A stretch of 64,000 bases of DNA from Octopus vulgaris (lineage: Eukaryota). The notes beneath the pieces are model-generated. The model searched no databases, was not told the origin of the DNA, and saw only the letters and a program-made list of their open reading frames with translations. The first letter of the stretch is position 1. Every line of letters begins with the position of its first letter. The position numbers and the translations under genes are program-made. The DNA lies in contig OX597815.1 of assembly GCA_951406725.2 (NCBI GenBank), positions 58,094,001 to 58,158,000 on the forward strand. The letters run 5' to 3'. Positions 13,495 to 27,025 of this stretch are shown piece after piece.

Positions 13495-14010
13495 AGTATT
13501 ATTTATAATAATAATAATAATAATATTAATAGTATTAACAATAATAATAATAATAATAATGATAGCAATAAAAACATGGTTTTGGTCTCTGAGGACAACC
13601 CTAACAGAATTAAATTTGTCTAATAATTCTCAGATCAAGAATTCTATATACCAGTGTAAAATTTCTTGCGGTACCAATGTCTACTTCTACATAGGCGCAT
13701 CCTCTTCCCAGTTATCTAAGAGAATTTCCAATCATTATTCATCATTTAGGGATTGCAGTAAATGCCATAGCACAGGGCTAAGTAAATTAGTTTGGCATCT
13801 GAAAAGACAACAATAAAGATTTTAAGTTAGATTAGTTCATCCTGTCCATATCTTTTCCTTACAATAAGGGCAAGGGATTTTGTAACATTTGCAACTCTGA
13901 ACTCTTCTATATTCTCTTCTCTAAGAATCACCTTATTAACACACTTATAGAGTGATCTTACAAATGTAAACACTGGCAGAAACATACCTTTAGCTCATAT
14001 AATTGATTTT
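13495..14010 (+). mobile_element. PLE GIY-YIG endonuclease, probable continuation of the 7488-9040 element
   Basis: NSIYQC..FYIGAS..KRISNHYSSF..STGLSKLVWHLK..CNIC..CKH, preceded by an (AAT)n linker. Confidence 0.8.
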
Positions 14011-14249
14011 GCCAGTCTTTATAGTTTGAACAGTTAGTTTAACTTGCACCTTACTTCAATAGAGAAATCTACTTCTAAGACTTTGAACATTTTTTTTCAA
14101 CTAACGTATCCCTCTTTATTTGTTCTCTCCTTATTATTTCTTTAACTCTTCTCTTTCTAGTATCTGCCTTTGACGTCAAATCTACTAAAGTTTTTTTTAA
14201 ATAACATCTACGTTCAACTCCATTTATTTACTTATACTACACAAATTAC

Positions 14250-15060
14250 TGCACATTAACCCGGAGCTTTATCACTCGTAAACATCACCAAGAGCCCACC
14301 CCCAGTTGTAACTGTTGATACCCTGAAGCTTGTCCTCTTGACCAGGCATATATTATAAACTCCATTGTATATGAGGCAACACTTCAAGATAACCTAACTG
14401 GAAAGAAGAATTATGTCAAGTCATGCGAAGGCGATTTCAAAAAACTTAATCTAAACCACTTATCTTCTTTGTAGCACTTCAACAAAAGTAGTGCCGCTAA
14501 GTTGGCTAGCCATATATGGGGTTTCAAGACCAACTCCACATCACATGCAACCAAGTGGAGTATCATGGAGCAATCCAACCCTTATGTTAATGGATCTAAG
14601 AAATGCAACTTATGCATAGCAAAAAGACTGCACAGTCTTTTTAGATCCAAGAATTACACTACACTTCTTAATTCCGTGTCTGAAATTTTTAGCTGGTGCA
14701 AACACATGGGCCAGTTTCTTCTGTTGAACTGGAGGACACCATCTGTTCTGGATTAAGTAGCAGTCTTGCAGGCTTTAGCCACCTTTCTGTTACATTATTC
14801 TGCACCAGCTACATTAATTATGGTTACTGCAGTCAAAGAGGATGCAGATCTTGGTGTTTTTTTTCTTGTTCCACCTTTTGCATCAATCTTCTCATTTTTT
14901 CTTCTTGTTTTTTCTCATTTTCTCACAGTCCAGCGTCTGAATTTTTTATGAACAGAACCCGAAAAAGTGCCTGGAGATACATGATGTGGCTTATAAATCT
15001 GAAAATTTGAAGTATCATAAACCATAGAACTATTAGTATCTCCTTTGTAATTGTGTATTA
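14250..15060 (+). mobile_element. Second PLE GIY-YIG 3' fragment
   Basis: SCNC*YPEACPL..IVYEA..LASHIW..KWSI..PYVNGSKKCNLC..LLN..CKH. Confidence 0.8.
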
Positions 15061-15469
15061 AATTGACAGAGAGAGAGAAAGAGAGAGAGAGAGAGAGGAA
15101 AATAGAAATTAAATAAACCCAGACAAATTCCATTATATTAGTGTCCACTATTCCATGCTAACATGGGTCAGATGGACATGGATTTTTTATGGCCAGTTAC
15201 CCTTCCTATTACCAACTTTCATCAGGTAATATTTCCCCATGAACAGACATGTTTCATGGAAGATTGAAAAAGAAGGACACTACTTGCATGACAAATTTAT
15301 TTATTTACACTTACCATTGCAAAGTCAAGGCCAGGAGACAGTAACACTTGTCTGCATACACACACACACACGCACGCACACAAAGCAAGCTTTTTGAATT
15401 TCCATCTACCAAATCCACTCACAAGACTTTAGTCAGTTCAGGGCTGTGATAGAAAATACTTACCCATAT

Positions 15470-16200
15470 ATAAACGGGTCAGCCGAAAAATATACTCTCA
15501 TGGAATGTGACTAGATGAGGTTTACTTGCAGTCTACAAATTCCTTACACCAGTGTTATAGTGCTTGGATCCCACTGGTGAAGAAGCTTTCATCCTGTTGG
15601 TCAAAAGATTCATCAACAGCAGATATGACATCATCATTATTGTGATACTGGTTCACAGCCAAGTATTTTTTCATGTTGGGGAACAGATGACAGTTATATG
15701 GGGCCAAATCAGGACAACAGGGACAATAATCAACCAGTTCAAAAGCACAGTCACAGCAGTCATTGAAATAAAGGACTTGTGTGCTGGAGAACTGTCCTGA
15801 TAAAACAAGGCAGCTTTTATCTGTTTTCTTGGTCTTGATAGCCTTTTGAAACTGCTAATACATTGATGGGGTGGCTCATTTGACCTTAGTTTTTTGAGAT
15901 GCCTTCTGCATTTCTAAAAACTAAGGTCATCATCTTCTCTGTAGATGAAATAATTCTGGCCTTCTTTGGGGCAGGGGACGTGGGGTGTTTTCACTGCAGA
16001 TTGTCTATTTGTTTCTAACTCAAAGTGATGAAGTCAACACTCATCACAAGTTAGGAAATGTTCAAGGATACTAGCTGGATTTACCTCAAAACAGTGTCAG
16101 ATTTTCCTCTGATGTAATCAGCCTGGTGCGCTTTTGATCTGATGTCAGATGTGGCACCCACCTAGCATGCTCACTTATCAATTTTCATGAAAATTGGGCA
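15470..16200 (-). mobile_element. Decayed mariner remnant
   Basis: Minus-strand transposase scraps only; no intact ORF. Confidence 0.45.
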
Positions 16201-16704
16201 AAAATGCAAAAGCAGCAGGAATAATAATATTGTTATGGGAATTTCCATTCAAATGCCCGGCTGAGCTCACAAAAGTTGATGCCAACTGAGCGTTATCAAG
16301 TTTTTGAAAAATTCTGGCCTTATTTGAACTTCAAGGCATGTGATCTAACTATGTGGCAAAAATCACTAAAATTGGTTGGGCAGTGTGGGAGGAGTTAGAG
16401 TAACCACAAATGCACACACAGACACCATTACACATTTGATAAATAAATAAGTCAACATTCTAATATTCTAAAGCTGATAAACCAACTAATGTGTTTCTCC
16501 ATTTTCTTATTTGTAATATAAATTAATGGTAATATATTTCTTTACTTGCACCTATTTAATACAATAAGTGAGTTTATTGCATTGCAATTAAAAACACTTG
16601 TATATTAATAATTTGGGTATTATACCAACAGTGTATTGGATAAGTATTATCCCTTAGTGGGTTGGATCCACAACCCCTAACTTACTTGGTGTTATATATA
16701 TGTG

Positions 16705-17070
16705 TGTGTGTGGCTGTGTGGCAAGAAGCTTGCTTTCCAAGCACATGGTTCTGGGTTCAGTCCCATGGTGTGGCACCTTGGGCAAGTGTCTTCTACTAGA
16801 GCTTTGGACCAACCAAAGCCTTGTGAGTGGATCTGGTAGATGGAAACTTAGAGAAGTTCAGCATGTGTGTGTCTTTGTGACTGTGTTTGTCCCCACACTG
16901 TCGCTTGACAACCAATGTTGGTGTGATTACATCTCTGTAACTTGGTGGTTTGACAAAAAAGAGAATTAGTACTAGGCTTACAAAGTCCTTGGGGCAATTT
17001 CTTCAGCTAAAACTTTTTAAGGCAGTGCTCCAGCATATCCTCAGTCAAATGACTGAAACAAAAGAATACA
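16705..17070 (+). mobile_element. tRNA-derived SINE with CR1-group LINE tail
   Basis: B-box-like ggttcagtcc, caccttgggcaagtg core, 3' ggcagtgctccagcat..gactgaaac; an inverted fragment occurs at about 15385-15460. Confidence 0.75.
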
Positions 17071-17609
17071 AGATATATATACACATACATGCACACATTA
17101 TATAAATGCGAGTGTATATAGTTATGTATCTGTTTAGCCTCAAATACTCAGAAATGGTGCATTTTTGAGAAAAACTAATCTGGTTTTGGAAATCTGCATC
17201 CCAAACAAAAAGTCATCTGTAAATAATAAGAAAAAATGCAATTTTGCTGAGAAATAACTCAACTTTCAATCAACAACTTTCCCAGTCTGCATCAATTACC
17301 AACAATCTTTCATTATTTACCATACTCTTTGAGATTCACTCTTTTTGTATATGTAATAACTCTCATTCCTACCTTTCATTTTGTTTAAAATCTAATTCTC
17401 CTAATGTTTACTTTCATTTTATGAAAGCTATTATGCAAAGTCCTGTTTTCTAATTGGGTAAAATTGATCTAACTTCTGTAACATTTTTTGTAAAAGCTTT
17501 CTGGAATAAATGAACCAGTAACTCAAGTTTAGCGTGAAAAAGTACTTCAATATATCAAACTGGAAAATTTTTACTTAATTTAAAATTTCAAACTCTGTGA
17601 CAGCAACAG

Positions 17610-18840
17610 ATAAGATCTCTCTCCTATTTTTTCATTTTCTGTCTCTATAAAAATATATTGCTCATGCTGAGTGTGTGTGTTTGTCAGTGTATGTGTATGT
17701 ATGTGTGTAAGGAATTTCATCAGGGCGAGAGAGTAATTTTAAAAATGGTATGTAAAAGATAATTTATTTTAATAGCTTACTTTTCTGTTAGTAAATATTT
17801 TTTTCTTACACACACACAGACTGCGGTTAAAGATTTAAATAATTTTGTTGTTGTTGCTTTCACTCTGTAAAAACATTGTACAAGCTGAGTGTGTGTGTAT
17901 GCATTTGTGTAAGGAATTTCATTAGGGCGACAAAGTTATTTTAAGAATTGTTTGTAAAAGTTAATTTATTTTTAATAGCATACTTCTCTGTTAGTAGATG
18001 TTTTTCAGCATTCTTTCATTACTACCAGCATTTACATCAATTAAGCACATGGTATTGTTATAGTACTATTCGTTAATTTCTGTACAAAATTTTTATTTCT
18101 TTACTCATCTTTGTTTTGAAGTAAGAGGAGAAATTGACAGAGACGAGAAAGTGAACATGTATGTACGTTTATATGAAATGGACACGTGTGTGTGTGTGTC
18201 TGAGAGAGAGAGGTGTATTGTCATATATGTATTTTTTTGCATATATAAGTAGCATACACTCACTCTCTCTCTCTCACACACACACACTTGCACGCACACA
18301 TACAAAAATGATGTATGCATATGTATTTATGTATGTACGTGTCTATGAAACATAATGTGTGTGTGTGTGAGAGAGAGTGAGTGCCACTTATACATGCAAA
18401 AAATACATACATGACAACACATATCTCTCTCTCTCTCACACACTCACATGTTCATTTCATACACACACACATACATCCATTTCATATACACATACATACA
18501 TTTTCACTTTCTCGTCTCTTTTAATTTCTGCTCTTGTAAAGAATGTCATTTCGGCAATGAAAGAATGCCGTTTTTTCTTATACATGCACACACACATTCA
18601 CTTGATGTGAGGAAGGGTTAAAGATTTAAATAAATTTTGTTGTTGCTTTCAGTCTCTATAGAAGTATATTCTTTACACTGATTGTGTGTATGCATGTGAT
18701 TTAAAAAAGGGATGTAAAAGATGATTATTTTAATTGCATACTTTTCTGCTAGTTAATGTTTTTCTCTCTCGTGCGTGCAGGTTCACTTGACACTGGGTGG
18801 AGTTAAAGATCTAAATGATAAATTTTTTTGTTGTCGCTTA
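17610..18840. repeat. Diverged repeats of about 220 bp plus an internal foldback (about 18130-18288 / 18357-18528)
   Basis: Recurring gtaaggaatttcat.agggcga..tgtaaaag..tactt.tctg.tagt and gttaaagatttaaat blocks; internal diverged inverted repeat. Confidence 0.55.
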
Positions 18841-19157
18841 AATCCCAGTAATTGATCACTGCATCATATCATAAAATGTATTTATGAAGGAGAAAACTGG
18901 TGAAGGTAAAGTGTATACACCCCACCCACTTCCATTTTTTTGTCTTTTCAAAAATTTCTTCGGATTCCTGTTTTTGATATAGGAGATTATGATTTTGCCA
19001 AAAAAGCATGTTTTCAAAAATAGAGATTATGAAGCTGGAGAAAAATTTTGGTTAATGTTTACATCTTGACCTGGAAATGAAAATCCAAAAAAATATTGGA
19101 ATGGGTGTAAAACAATGTGTAGGAAACAAATATGAAAAAAAATGTGCACAAAGCAAT

Positions 19158-19530
19158 GGGAGGGTGGGGAGAGGAGTTTGGAAAATTCACAAGATCCGAG
19201 CTTTTCCCTCATAACTTTTAGGAAAATGGGTTTTTTTCAATGAAATTTTATATAAATACCTTTCAAACGGCATACATTATGATTATAAAGAAATTTGTGG
19301 GGAAAATCTTTACCAAGAGGGTGGGGAGAGGACTTTGGAAAATTTATAAAAATCTGAGTTTTTCCCTCATAACTTTTAGGAAATTGGGGCTTTTTCAATG
19401 AAATTTTATATGAATACCTTTCAAACAGCATACATTATGATTATAAAGTAATTTGTGGGGAAAATCTTTTCCAAAGGGTGAGGGAGAGGGCTTTGGAAAA
19501 TTCACAAGATCCAAGCTTTTCCTTCATAAC
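19158..19530. repeat. 157-158 bp tandem repeat, about 2.3 copies
   Basis: ttggaaaatt anchor at 19178, 19335 and 19493. Confidence 0.85.
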
Positions 19531-19544
19531 TGTATATGTGTGTG

Positions 19545-20165
19545 TGTGAGGTCATGTCTGTGGGGGCCATTATGAACACTAGTGGTCCCAAAACAGTGCC
19601 TTGCGGAACACAGGTCACTATTTGCATGTCATTGGAGGTAGTCCCATTGGCTACTACCACCTGACTTCTATCCTTCGGAAAGTCATGAACCCATTCTCCC
19701 AATTTTCCAACTATGCTGAGATCATGCAATTTGTAACATATCATTCCATGATCAACTTTATCAAAGGCCTTTGCAAAGTTGGGATATATCACTTCCACAT
19801 TTGAGTGGTTGAGCATATTTTACCCTCCTTCAGTTTTCTTGGAAGTTTGCCAGTTGCAAGGAAGCTTTGAAAGAGGAACTGCAATGGTCTCGCTAGGACT
19901 TGCTTACATACTTTTAGAAGAATTGCTGGGAATCCATCAGGGCCAGTAGCTGAGTTTGGGTTCATTTCATTTATAGCCATGAAAAGCGTTGCAGCAAAAT
20001 TTGTGATCCCTTTATATTGATGTAATCGATCATCATTGCCTCTGTTTTTATATCTACAATGGTAAAGAAGTCAGTTGGATTGCTGACTTGAAAGTGCCCT
20101 AGGGGTGGAGTGAAAATACTTTTGAATTGCTCATTTAGTATTTCACTTATCCTCATTAGATTTCC
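19545..20165 (-). mobile_element. CR1-group LINE RT fragment with internal deletions
   Basis: GPDGFPAILLK, FAKAFDKVDHG, VPQGTVLGPL. Confidence 0.85.
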
Positions 20166-20579
20166 TGTACAATTTTTGAAAAGAGTTCATCTTAAGTTTA
20201 TAATCGAAGATCAGGTTTTTAAATTCCAAAATAAAATCTCGAATTTAGACTTCAACCATGATTGTTGATCCCTTAAGTACTGTGTCTGTATGCATGTATG
20301 TGTAGGGATAGAGTGGGGGTGGGTTGAACACACTGGAAAAACATTTATGAAAATGTACACATTGTGTTAAAATAAGTTATCTTTACATACCATGTTTGCA
20401 ATTCTCTATATAATTGTTAGCAAAGTATATATAAAATGAAATTAAATGTAGGTTTAGTCACAGATTGATCAAGGTGGTAAAGTTTTAACATTTTTGTGAC
20501 AACATATTTTCTCCATACATTCTGATGAAAACTTGAAAGAAAGAGATAATGTCACTCTCTCTCCTTGGAAGAGAAATTA

Positions 20580-20860
20580 ATTTTGATCTTCCATGAGCAC
20601 AAATTTTGCTGCAACGCTTTTCATTTGCAATTCCTCACTCAAAATTCATTGGCAGGAGATCCAGGACATGCCAGCCATATCAGCAAGTCTGTCAATTGTT
20701 TGGCTGACAGTCCTCCAAGATCACATCATGAATTTTCGTGATATTTTCATTTGTTTAGAAGGTTGACAGTTGCCCTGAACAAGGTTTATCTTCATGCAAC
20801 AAGTGGAAAGAATCCGACTTATGTGGGTGTACTATTCTGATAGTCCTTGGCAGATTTTCA
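20580..20860 (-). mobile_element. Mariner transposase N-terminal remnant
   Basis: MKSVAAKFV (resembling xRVAAKFVP) and EDKPCSGQLST on the minus strand. Confidence 0.5.
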
Positions 20861-20954
20861 GAATAGCATGTGTATATATATATATATGCATTCACACACA
20901 CACACACACACACATATATTGTGTGTGTGTGTGTGTGTGTGTACACATATTTAT

Positions 20955-23515
20955 GTAGGGCTGCAGCTGAATAATTTTTTTTTATATATGGCACAAAAGA
21001 TTGTACAGCAACTGACCTGGTTTTATCAATTTGAAAGTCTGCACAATGCCCACCAACATAAAACCACAGCCAATAGATCCACAGTGGTCATACTGGCATT
21101 GGTATAGTTGTCACATTGATACATTTAGAGGGCTGTTATCACTCAGTAACAGAACTAAAATACCCTTCCTGAGAGACCTTGTGGTATGTAATCAAGCCTT
21201 ATATATGCGTAGCATTCACTGAAAGGCACAGACATCACAAATGCAGAAATGCACATACCATAGTATGTTATATTGCTAGCTGACAGAAAAGATGGGAATC
21301 ATGGTGGAGTTGCAATGTGCATCCATGAAGACCTTATGCCCCAGGTTCTTTTGTCATAATCAAACTTGGTGTGTGACACACTAATTGTACATAAAAGACA
21401 ACTTGATATTGTTATATGTACTACTTATTACCCACCAGATGCTCCAAATTACACTGGCCTATTTGAAGAATGTCTTTCAAAAATAGAAATCCTATCAGTG
21501 TATTTCTCATGGGAGACTTCAACTTGCCCAACCTTACCAACAAGTTATATATAGAACAAGTAATACTCCAACCAACCAGAGCAAACCATATACTTCATCT
21601 CTGCTTCACAAACAATATGGATTTCATCCATGATATGAAAGTGACACTGTAGTTAGTCTTGGATCACAATATAATAGAGCTAACCATGTATGTACCAAAG
21701 GAATCTGCAGATGTGTTGCCTATGAGAAGCACCTGGAATTTATCCAATCTGAACTTCCATAAAGCAGACTTGAAATCAATTGAGAAAGGGATTATCAAAC
21801 AGGATTGTTTCAATGTCTCTCTGCACCTGATATCAACATGAAATTCAAAGAATTCATGCCTGTAATGCAAGCCATATGCTTCAAGTTAGTCCCAGAGAGA
21901 AAGACCACCATACATACAAACAAAATTCCCAGGGTGAGGAAAGTTTTTATGAGATGGTGTACAAAGATTGCAAAGCGCCTAAACAGAACTTAATGGCAGT
22001 GAAAAATCCTGCCTGCAAACAACACTGCTAGAGATTGAGAATAATCTGAAATAATGCTCCCATGAAAAGGACAGAATAGACAAAGAAGCCTGGGTTATAG
22101 AAAATATAAAATCAAATCTGAAAGCCTTCTTTAAGTATGCCAAAAAAACTCTCCATGTGTTGCAGGCTAGGACCACTCCTTCAATTAGATGGTTCCCTCA
22201 CGGGAAGAAGATGTAATATTGGCCATAGATGACAGAGATGCTAACTCAGCTGCTGATCCTGATGGATTCCCAGCAATCCTTCTCAAATCATGGAAATGAG
22301 CCCTTGCAAAACCACTGCAGCTTCTTTTTCAGAGCTTCCCTGCAAGTGTTAAGCTCCCAGGCTTACTACTTTGATAAAGTCGACCGTGGTATATGTCACA
22401 AGCTGTGTAATCTTGGCATAGTTGGAAAACTTGGAGAGTAGCTAAATGTCTTTCTAAAAAGATAGAAATCAGGTAGTAATAGTAGTAGCCAATAGGGATA
22501 CTTCCAAGGAAATGCAAATAATGAGTGGTGTCCCACTGGGCATTGTCTTGGGGCCACTTGCTACTCATAGTGGACCTCAGCTGCTCAGATAGCCACACTT
22601 GCTAGTTATGCAGATGATACAAAAGTCTCTCAGAGGAAACAGAACCCTGGAGATGTTGTGCACCTACAACAAAGGTTGGATGCAATATACAAGTGAGCTG
22701 AAGACAAATGCAGTTTAATGCTGAAAAATTCCAAGCACTGTGCTACCAACAAATGAAGCTGAATAAAATGAAGACAAGCTACACTGGCCCAAGAGGGATT
22801 GCAATCCCTGAATCAAAGTCAGTGCACAATATGTGCATTGACATGAGTAATGCATCTTTCCAGGTGCATATTACTAAGTTGGCAATAGAATGCAGGCAAC
22901 TAGCTAGATGGATCTTTTGAACTTTTAGAATGAGAGAACAGAAAACAATGATGGTCCTCTAGAGGACATTTATCCTCAGCCATTTAGATTACTGTTCCCA
23001 ACTATGGTCACCACACTGTAAAATTAATGATGGGACCTGAAGCAATCCAGTGAAGCTATGCAAAGAAGATCGTCTCAATGTTAGCTGATGGGAGAGCTGA
23101 CAAAACACTCCACTCCCTTTGATGAAGGCAGGAAAGATATGTAGCACTAGAACTGCTCATACAAAACTCTGGCATTGAAAGTTACACGAACAGCAGAATG
23201 GGGTGCGATTTCATTGTGCCAAAGATCCCAACATTGCCTTTAGGATACAGGACCAGATACTGCATCTGCTTGGGTTTCAGGGGCCTACAACTCTTCAATA
23301 TCCTCCCAAGAAGCCTGAGAGACTTGCATGGGGTGGATGTAAATGTCATCAAAACAGAACTAGATTTCCTGTCAAGGGCAGTAACGTCAATCTTCCTCAT
23401 TCACCAAATGCCATATATCAAAGTAGGTTTCAAATACTGAAAGTGTAGCAAAGCTAATGGTGGTGCCCCAGCATGGCAGCAGCTCTCAAGTTCTTGAGCT
23501 GAGACTAATAAAAAA
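20955..23515 (+). mobile_element. CR1-group LINE, heavily decayed (ORF1 end, APE, RT, 3' tail)
   Basis: MGDFNLP, PTRANHILHLCFTNN, DHN, FDKVDRG, YADDT, MQFNAEKF, 3' gtgccccagcatgg tail. Confidence 0.85.
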
Positions 23516-24914
23516 ATGTGAGGATCCTACTGATGTTCCCAGAGTGGTGCCACCTCATGTCTTTCTATAGGGTCTTAGAATTAATGCTGATGGATTCCCA
23601 GCAATCCTTCTCAAATCATGGAAATGAGCCCTTGCAAAACCACTGCAGCTTCTTTTTCAGAGCTTCCCTGCAAGTGTTAAGCTCCCAGGCTTACTACTTT
23701 GATAAAGTCGACCGTGGTATATGTCACAAGCTGTGTAATCTTGGCATAGTTGGAAAACTTGGAGAGTAGCTAAATGTCTTTCTAAAAAGATAGAAATCAG
23801 GTAGTAATAGTAGTAGCCAATAGGGATACTTCCAAGGAAATGCAAATAATGAGTGGTGTCCCACTGGGCATTGTCTTGGGGCCACTTGCTACTCATAGTG
23901 GACCTCAGCTGCTCAGATAGCCACACTTGCTAGTTATGCAGATGATACAAAAGTCTCTCAGAGGAAACAGAACCCTGGAGATGTTGTGCACCTACAACAA
24001 AGGTTGGATGCAATATACAAGTGAGCTGAAGACAAATGCAGTTTAATGCTGAAAAATTCCAAGCACTGTGCTACCAACAAATGAAGCTGAATAAAATGAA
24101 GACAAGCTACACTGGCCCAAGAGGGATTGCAATCCCTGAATCAAAGTCAGTGCACAATATGTGCATTGACATGAGTAATGCATCTTTCCAGGTGCATATT
24201 ACTAAGTTGGCAATAGAATGCAGGCAACTAGCTAGATGGATCTTTTGAACTTTTAGAATGAGAGAACAGAAAACAATGATGGTCCTCTAGAGGACATTTA
24301 TCCTCAGCCATTTAGATTACTGTTCCCAACTATGGTCACCACACTGTAAAATTAATGATGGGACCTGAAGCAATCCAGTGAAGCTATGCAAAGAAGATCG
24401 TCTCAATGTTAGCTGATGGGAGAGCTGACAAAACACTCCACTCCCTTTGATGAAGGCAGGAAAGATATGTAGCACTAGAACTGCTCATACAAAACTCTGG
24501 CATTGAAAGTTACACGAACAGCAGAATGGGGTGCGATTTCATTGTGCCAAAGATCCCAACATTGCCTTTAGGATACAGGACCAGATACTGCATCTGCTTG
24601 GGTTTCAGGGGCCTACAACTCTTCAATATCCTCCCAAGAAGCCTGAGAGACTTGCATGGGGTGGATGTAAATGTCATCAAAACAGAACTAGATTTCCTGT
24701 CAAGGGCAGTAACGTCAATCTTCCTCATTCACCAAATGCCATATATCAAAGTAGGTTTCAAATACTGAAAGTGTAGCAAAGCTAATGGTGGTGCCCCAGC
24801 ATGGCAGCAGCTCTCAAGTTCTTGAGCTGAGACTAATAAAAAAATGTGAGGATCCTACTGATGTTCCCAGAGTGGTGCCACCTCATGTCTTTCTATAGGG
24901 TCTTAGAATTAATG
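22259..24914. repeat. 1328-bp tandem duplication, no differences seen
   Basis: 22259-23586 repeats as 23587-24914; identical ORF translations offset by 1328; CTG microhomology at the junction. Confidence 0.95.
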
Positions 24915-25014
24915 CTGCTGAATGCATTGAGGTGCTAGAGACAATTGTTGTGTTGTACATGGATGAAGTGTGCAGTAGAAGGCCATATATGTTTCAGCAA
25001 GACTGAACACCTTC

Positions 25015-25483
25015 TCAACGTCTTCCATGCTGGCATGGGTTGGAGGGCTTTACAGGAACTGGTGAAACCAGGGCCTGCACCAGGTTCCATAGTCTGTTTT
25101 GGCTTGGTTTCTACAGCTAGATGCCCTTCTTAATCCCAGCTATTTTACGGTGTGTACTGGGTGCTTTTTATGTTGCACCATCACTAGTGCTTTTTATGTG
25201 GCACCAACATACACCCAATGCTTTTTACATGCACCTTAGTGTTAGGATCTCAGTTCTGTTGTGGTAGGTGGGTCTTCTTGAGTACAGCAATGCATCACGT
25301 ATCTTGGTTATCTGTCATCTCCTTTGTAAGGCTCATCTTTTTGAGATCGGCCATTTGCTAATTTATTTATATATTTATTATATGAGGTTGATACACACAC
25401 AACTATATATATGAAATTAAGTATTAAACACTTTTGTTTTCAAGATATCTTTTACATAACATATATAAATGTTATGTGAATGA

Positions 25484-25527
<44 letters not shown>

Positions 25528-25715
25528 ATGCCGGTGGCATGTAAAAAGCACCCACTACACTCATGGAGTGGTTGGCGTTGCGAAGGCCATCCAGCTGCAG
25601 AAACACTGCCAGATCAGACTGGAGCCTGGTGCAGCCTTCTGGCTTCCCAGACCCCTGTCGAACCATCAAACGCATGCTAGCCTGGAAAACAGATGTTAAA
25701 CGATGATGATGATGA
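25015..25715. mobile_element. Two RTE 3'-UTR fragments (25015-25350 minus; 25526-25715 plus)
   Basis: Same sequence family as 6377-7487; the plus copy ends in (GAT)n. Confidence 0.7.
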
Positions 25716-25912
25716 TATACATACACACACATTCATTTTATTCTTTCATTTTAGTCCATTTTTCAATGCTTGCCCTCTCTGATACAAGCTCCTATTTCCT
25801 TTTCCAAGTAAAGGATAACATATTTTACTGATTTCATCAATCTATAAAAAAATATAAACAAACATATGCGTGTGCACAAACATTCACACACACATGCATA
25901 CACACATATGTA

Positions 25913-27025
25913 TGTGGTAATAATTACATGGTTGACTTGTGGTCAGCAAGGTTCCTGACCAAAACAACTAATGACAGATACCATCCCCTTGTTTTTAGAG
26001 GAGTAAAGCCTTATTTATGGCTAATTGTTTCTAGCCTTCTGTATTCAGCAATCTCACCAGTTCAAAACCCAGAATTACTACAATTTACTCTTCTATTGGA
26101 CAAAGCACTATGCCCAGAATGTTTTGATGTTGACCAAGCCTTACCTACTTCTGGAGAATGGTGGAAACATAGGTATTTTACATTCACTAACTATCTAGAA
26201 TCACTCAATGTGGTGGAAGAAGATAAGTTCCAGCTGCTCATCAGTCACATCAGCCCTGACATGTTCAAGTATATTGTGAACTGTGGCACATATGACAGAG
26301 CTCTTGATGTTCTCATCTCACCGTATGTGAAACCGAAGAATGTGGTGTATGTGCATCAACTGTTGTACACTTGCAAGCAGGGATACAGCCAAAATTTGGA
26401 CCAGCACCTTCAGAAACTCAAATTATTGGTGAAAGATTGCAGTTACAAAGCTGTTTTGGCTGCTGAACATCTCAATGAAGCTATAAGAGATGCCTTCATC
26501 AGTGGTATGTATTCCAGTAACGTATGCCAATGTTTATTGAGACCTCAGTTGGGCTTTCATCCAAGTACAGATGCTGGAGATGGCAGAAGCTCAATCCATA
26601 AGTTGTACATGTTCAGTTGTTCCTTGTAATGAATCCTGTGCTATGCGACTTACATGTCCTCCTAGCCCAAAACATGAAACTGTACATAATACCAATTTAG
26701 TGTTCACCACTTTTTTTCTGTGGTTATGACAAACACACATTCCAAGTGCCCAGCTTGGGAAGTGACATGTAAAACCTGTTACAAAGTCAGTAATTTCCAG
26801 CAGGTATGTCAATCATCTCATACAAACAAACACTTCGTTTCATACACAAATCCTACATGGCCTGTCATATTCTCGGGAGCTCTTCTGGTATCATTGTCTT
26901 CTGCCATTGTTAAAGGGTACGTAAATAGTGTAAAACTCAACACTCTGGTTGATAGTGGAAGCTCTGATAGTTACATATCATCTCATATTGTACACTCAAA
27001 TGGTTGGTGTAACCATCCATCAAAC
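25913..27025 (+). mobile_element. Gypsy (Mag-like) LTR retrotransposon fragment: gag and protease
   Basis: Gag-like ..IRDAFISG.., two zinc-knuckle remnants (FFCG..H..SKCPA; CKTC..VC), protease LVDSGSSDSYI; truncated before RT. Confidence 0.8.

Noticed and set aside
8800-14340. In-frame TGA codons in Naiad-like PLEs as selenocysteine (reported for some Naiad elements)
   Set aside because: The TGAs (about 8806, 13952, 14332) are not at conserved Cys positions, fit CGA-to-TGA decay, coexist with other stops and frameshifts, and I identified no SECIS.
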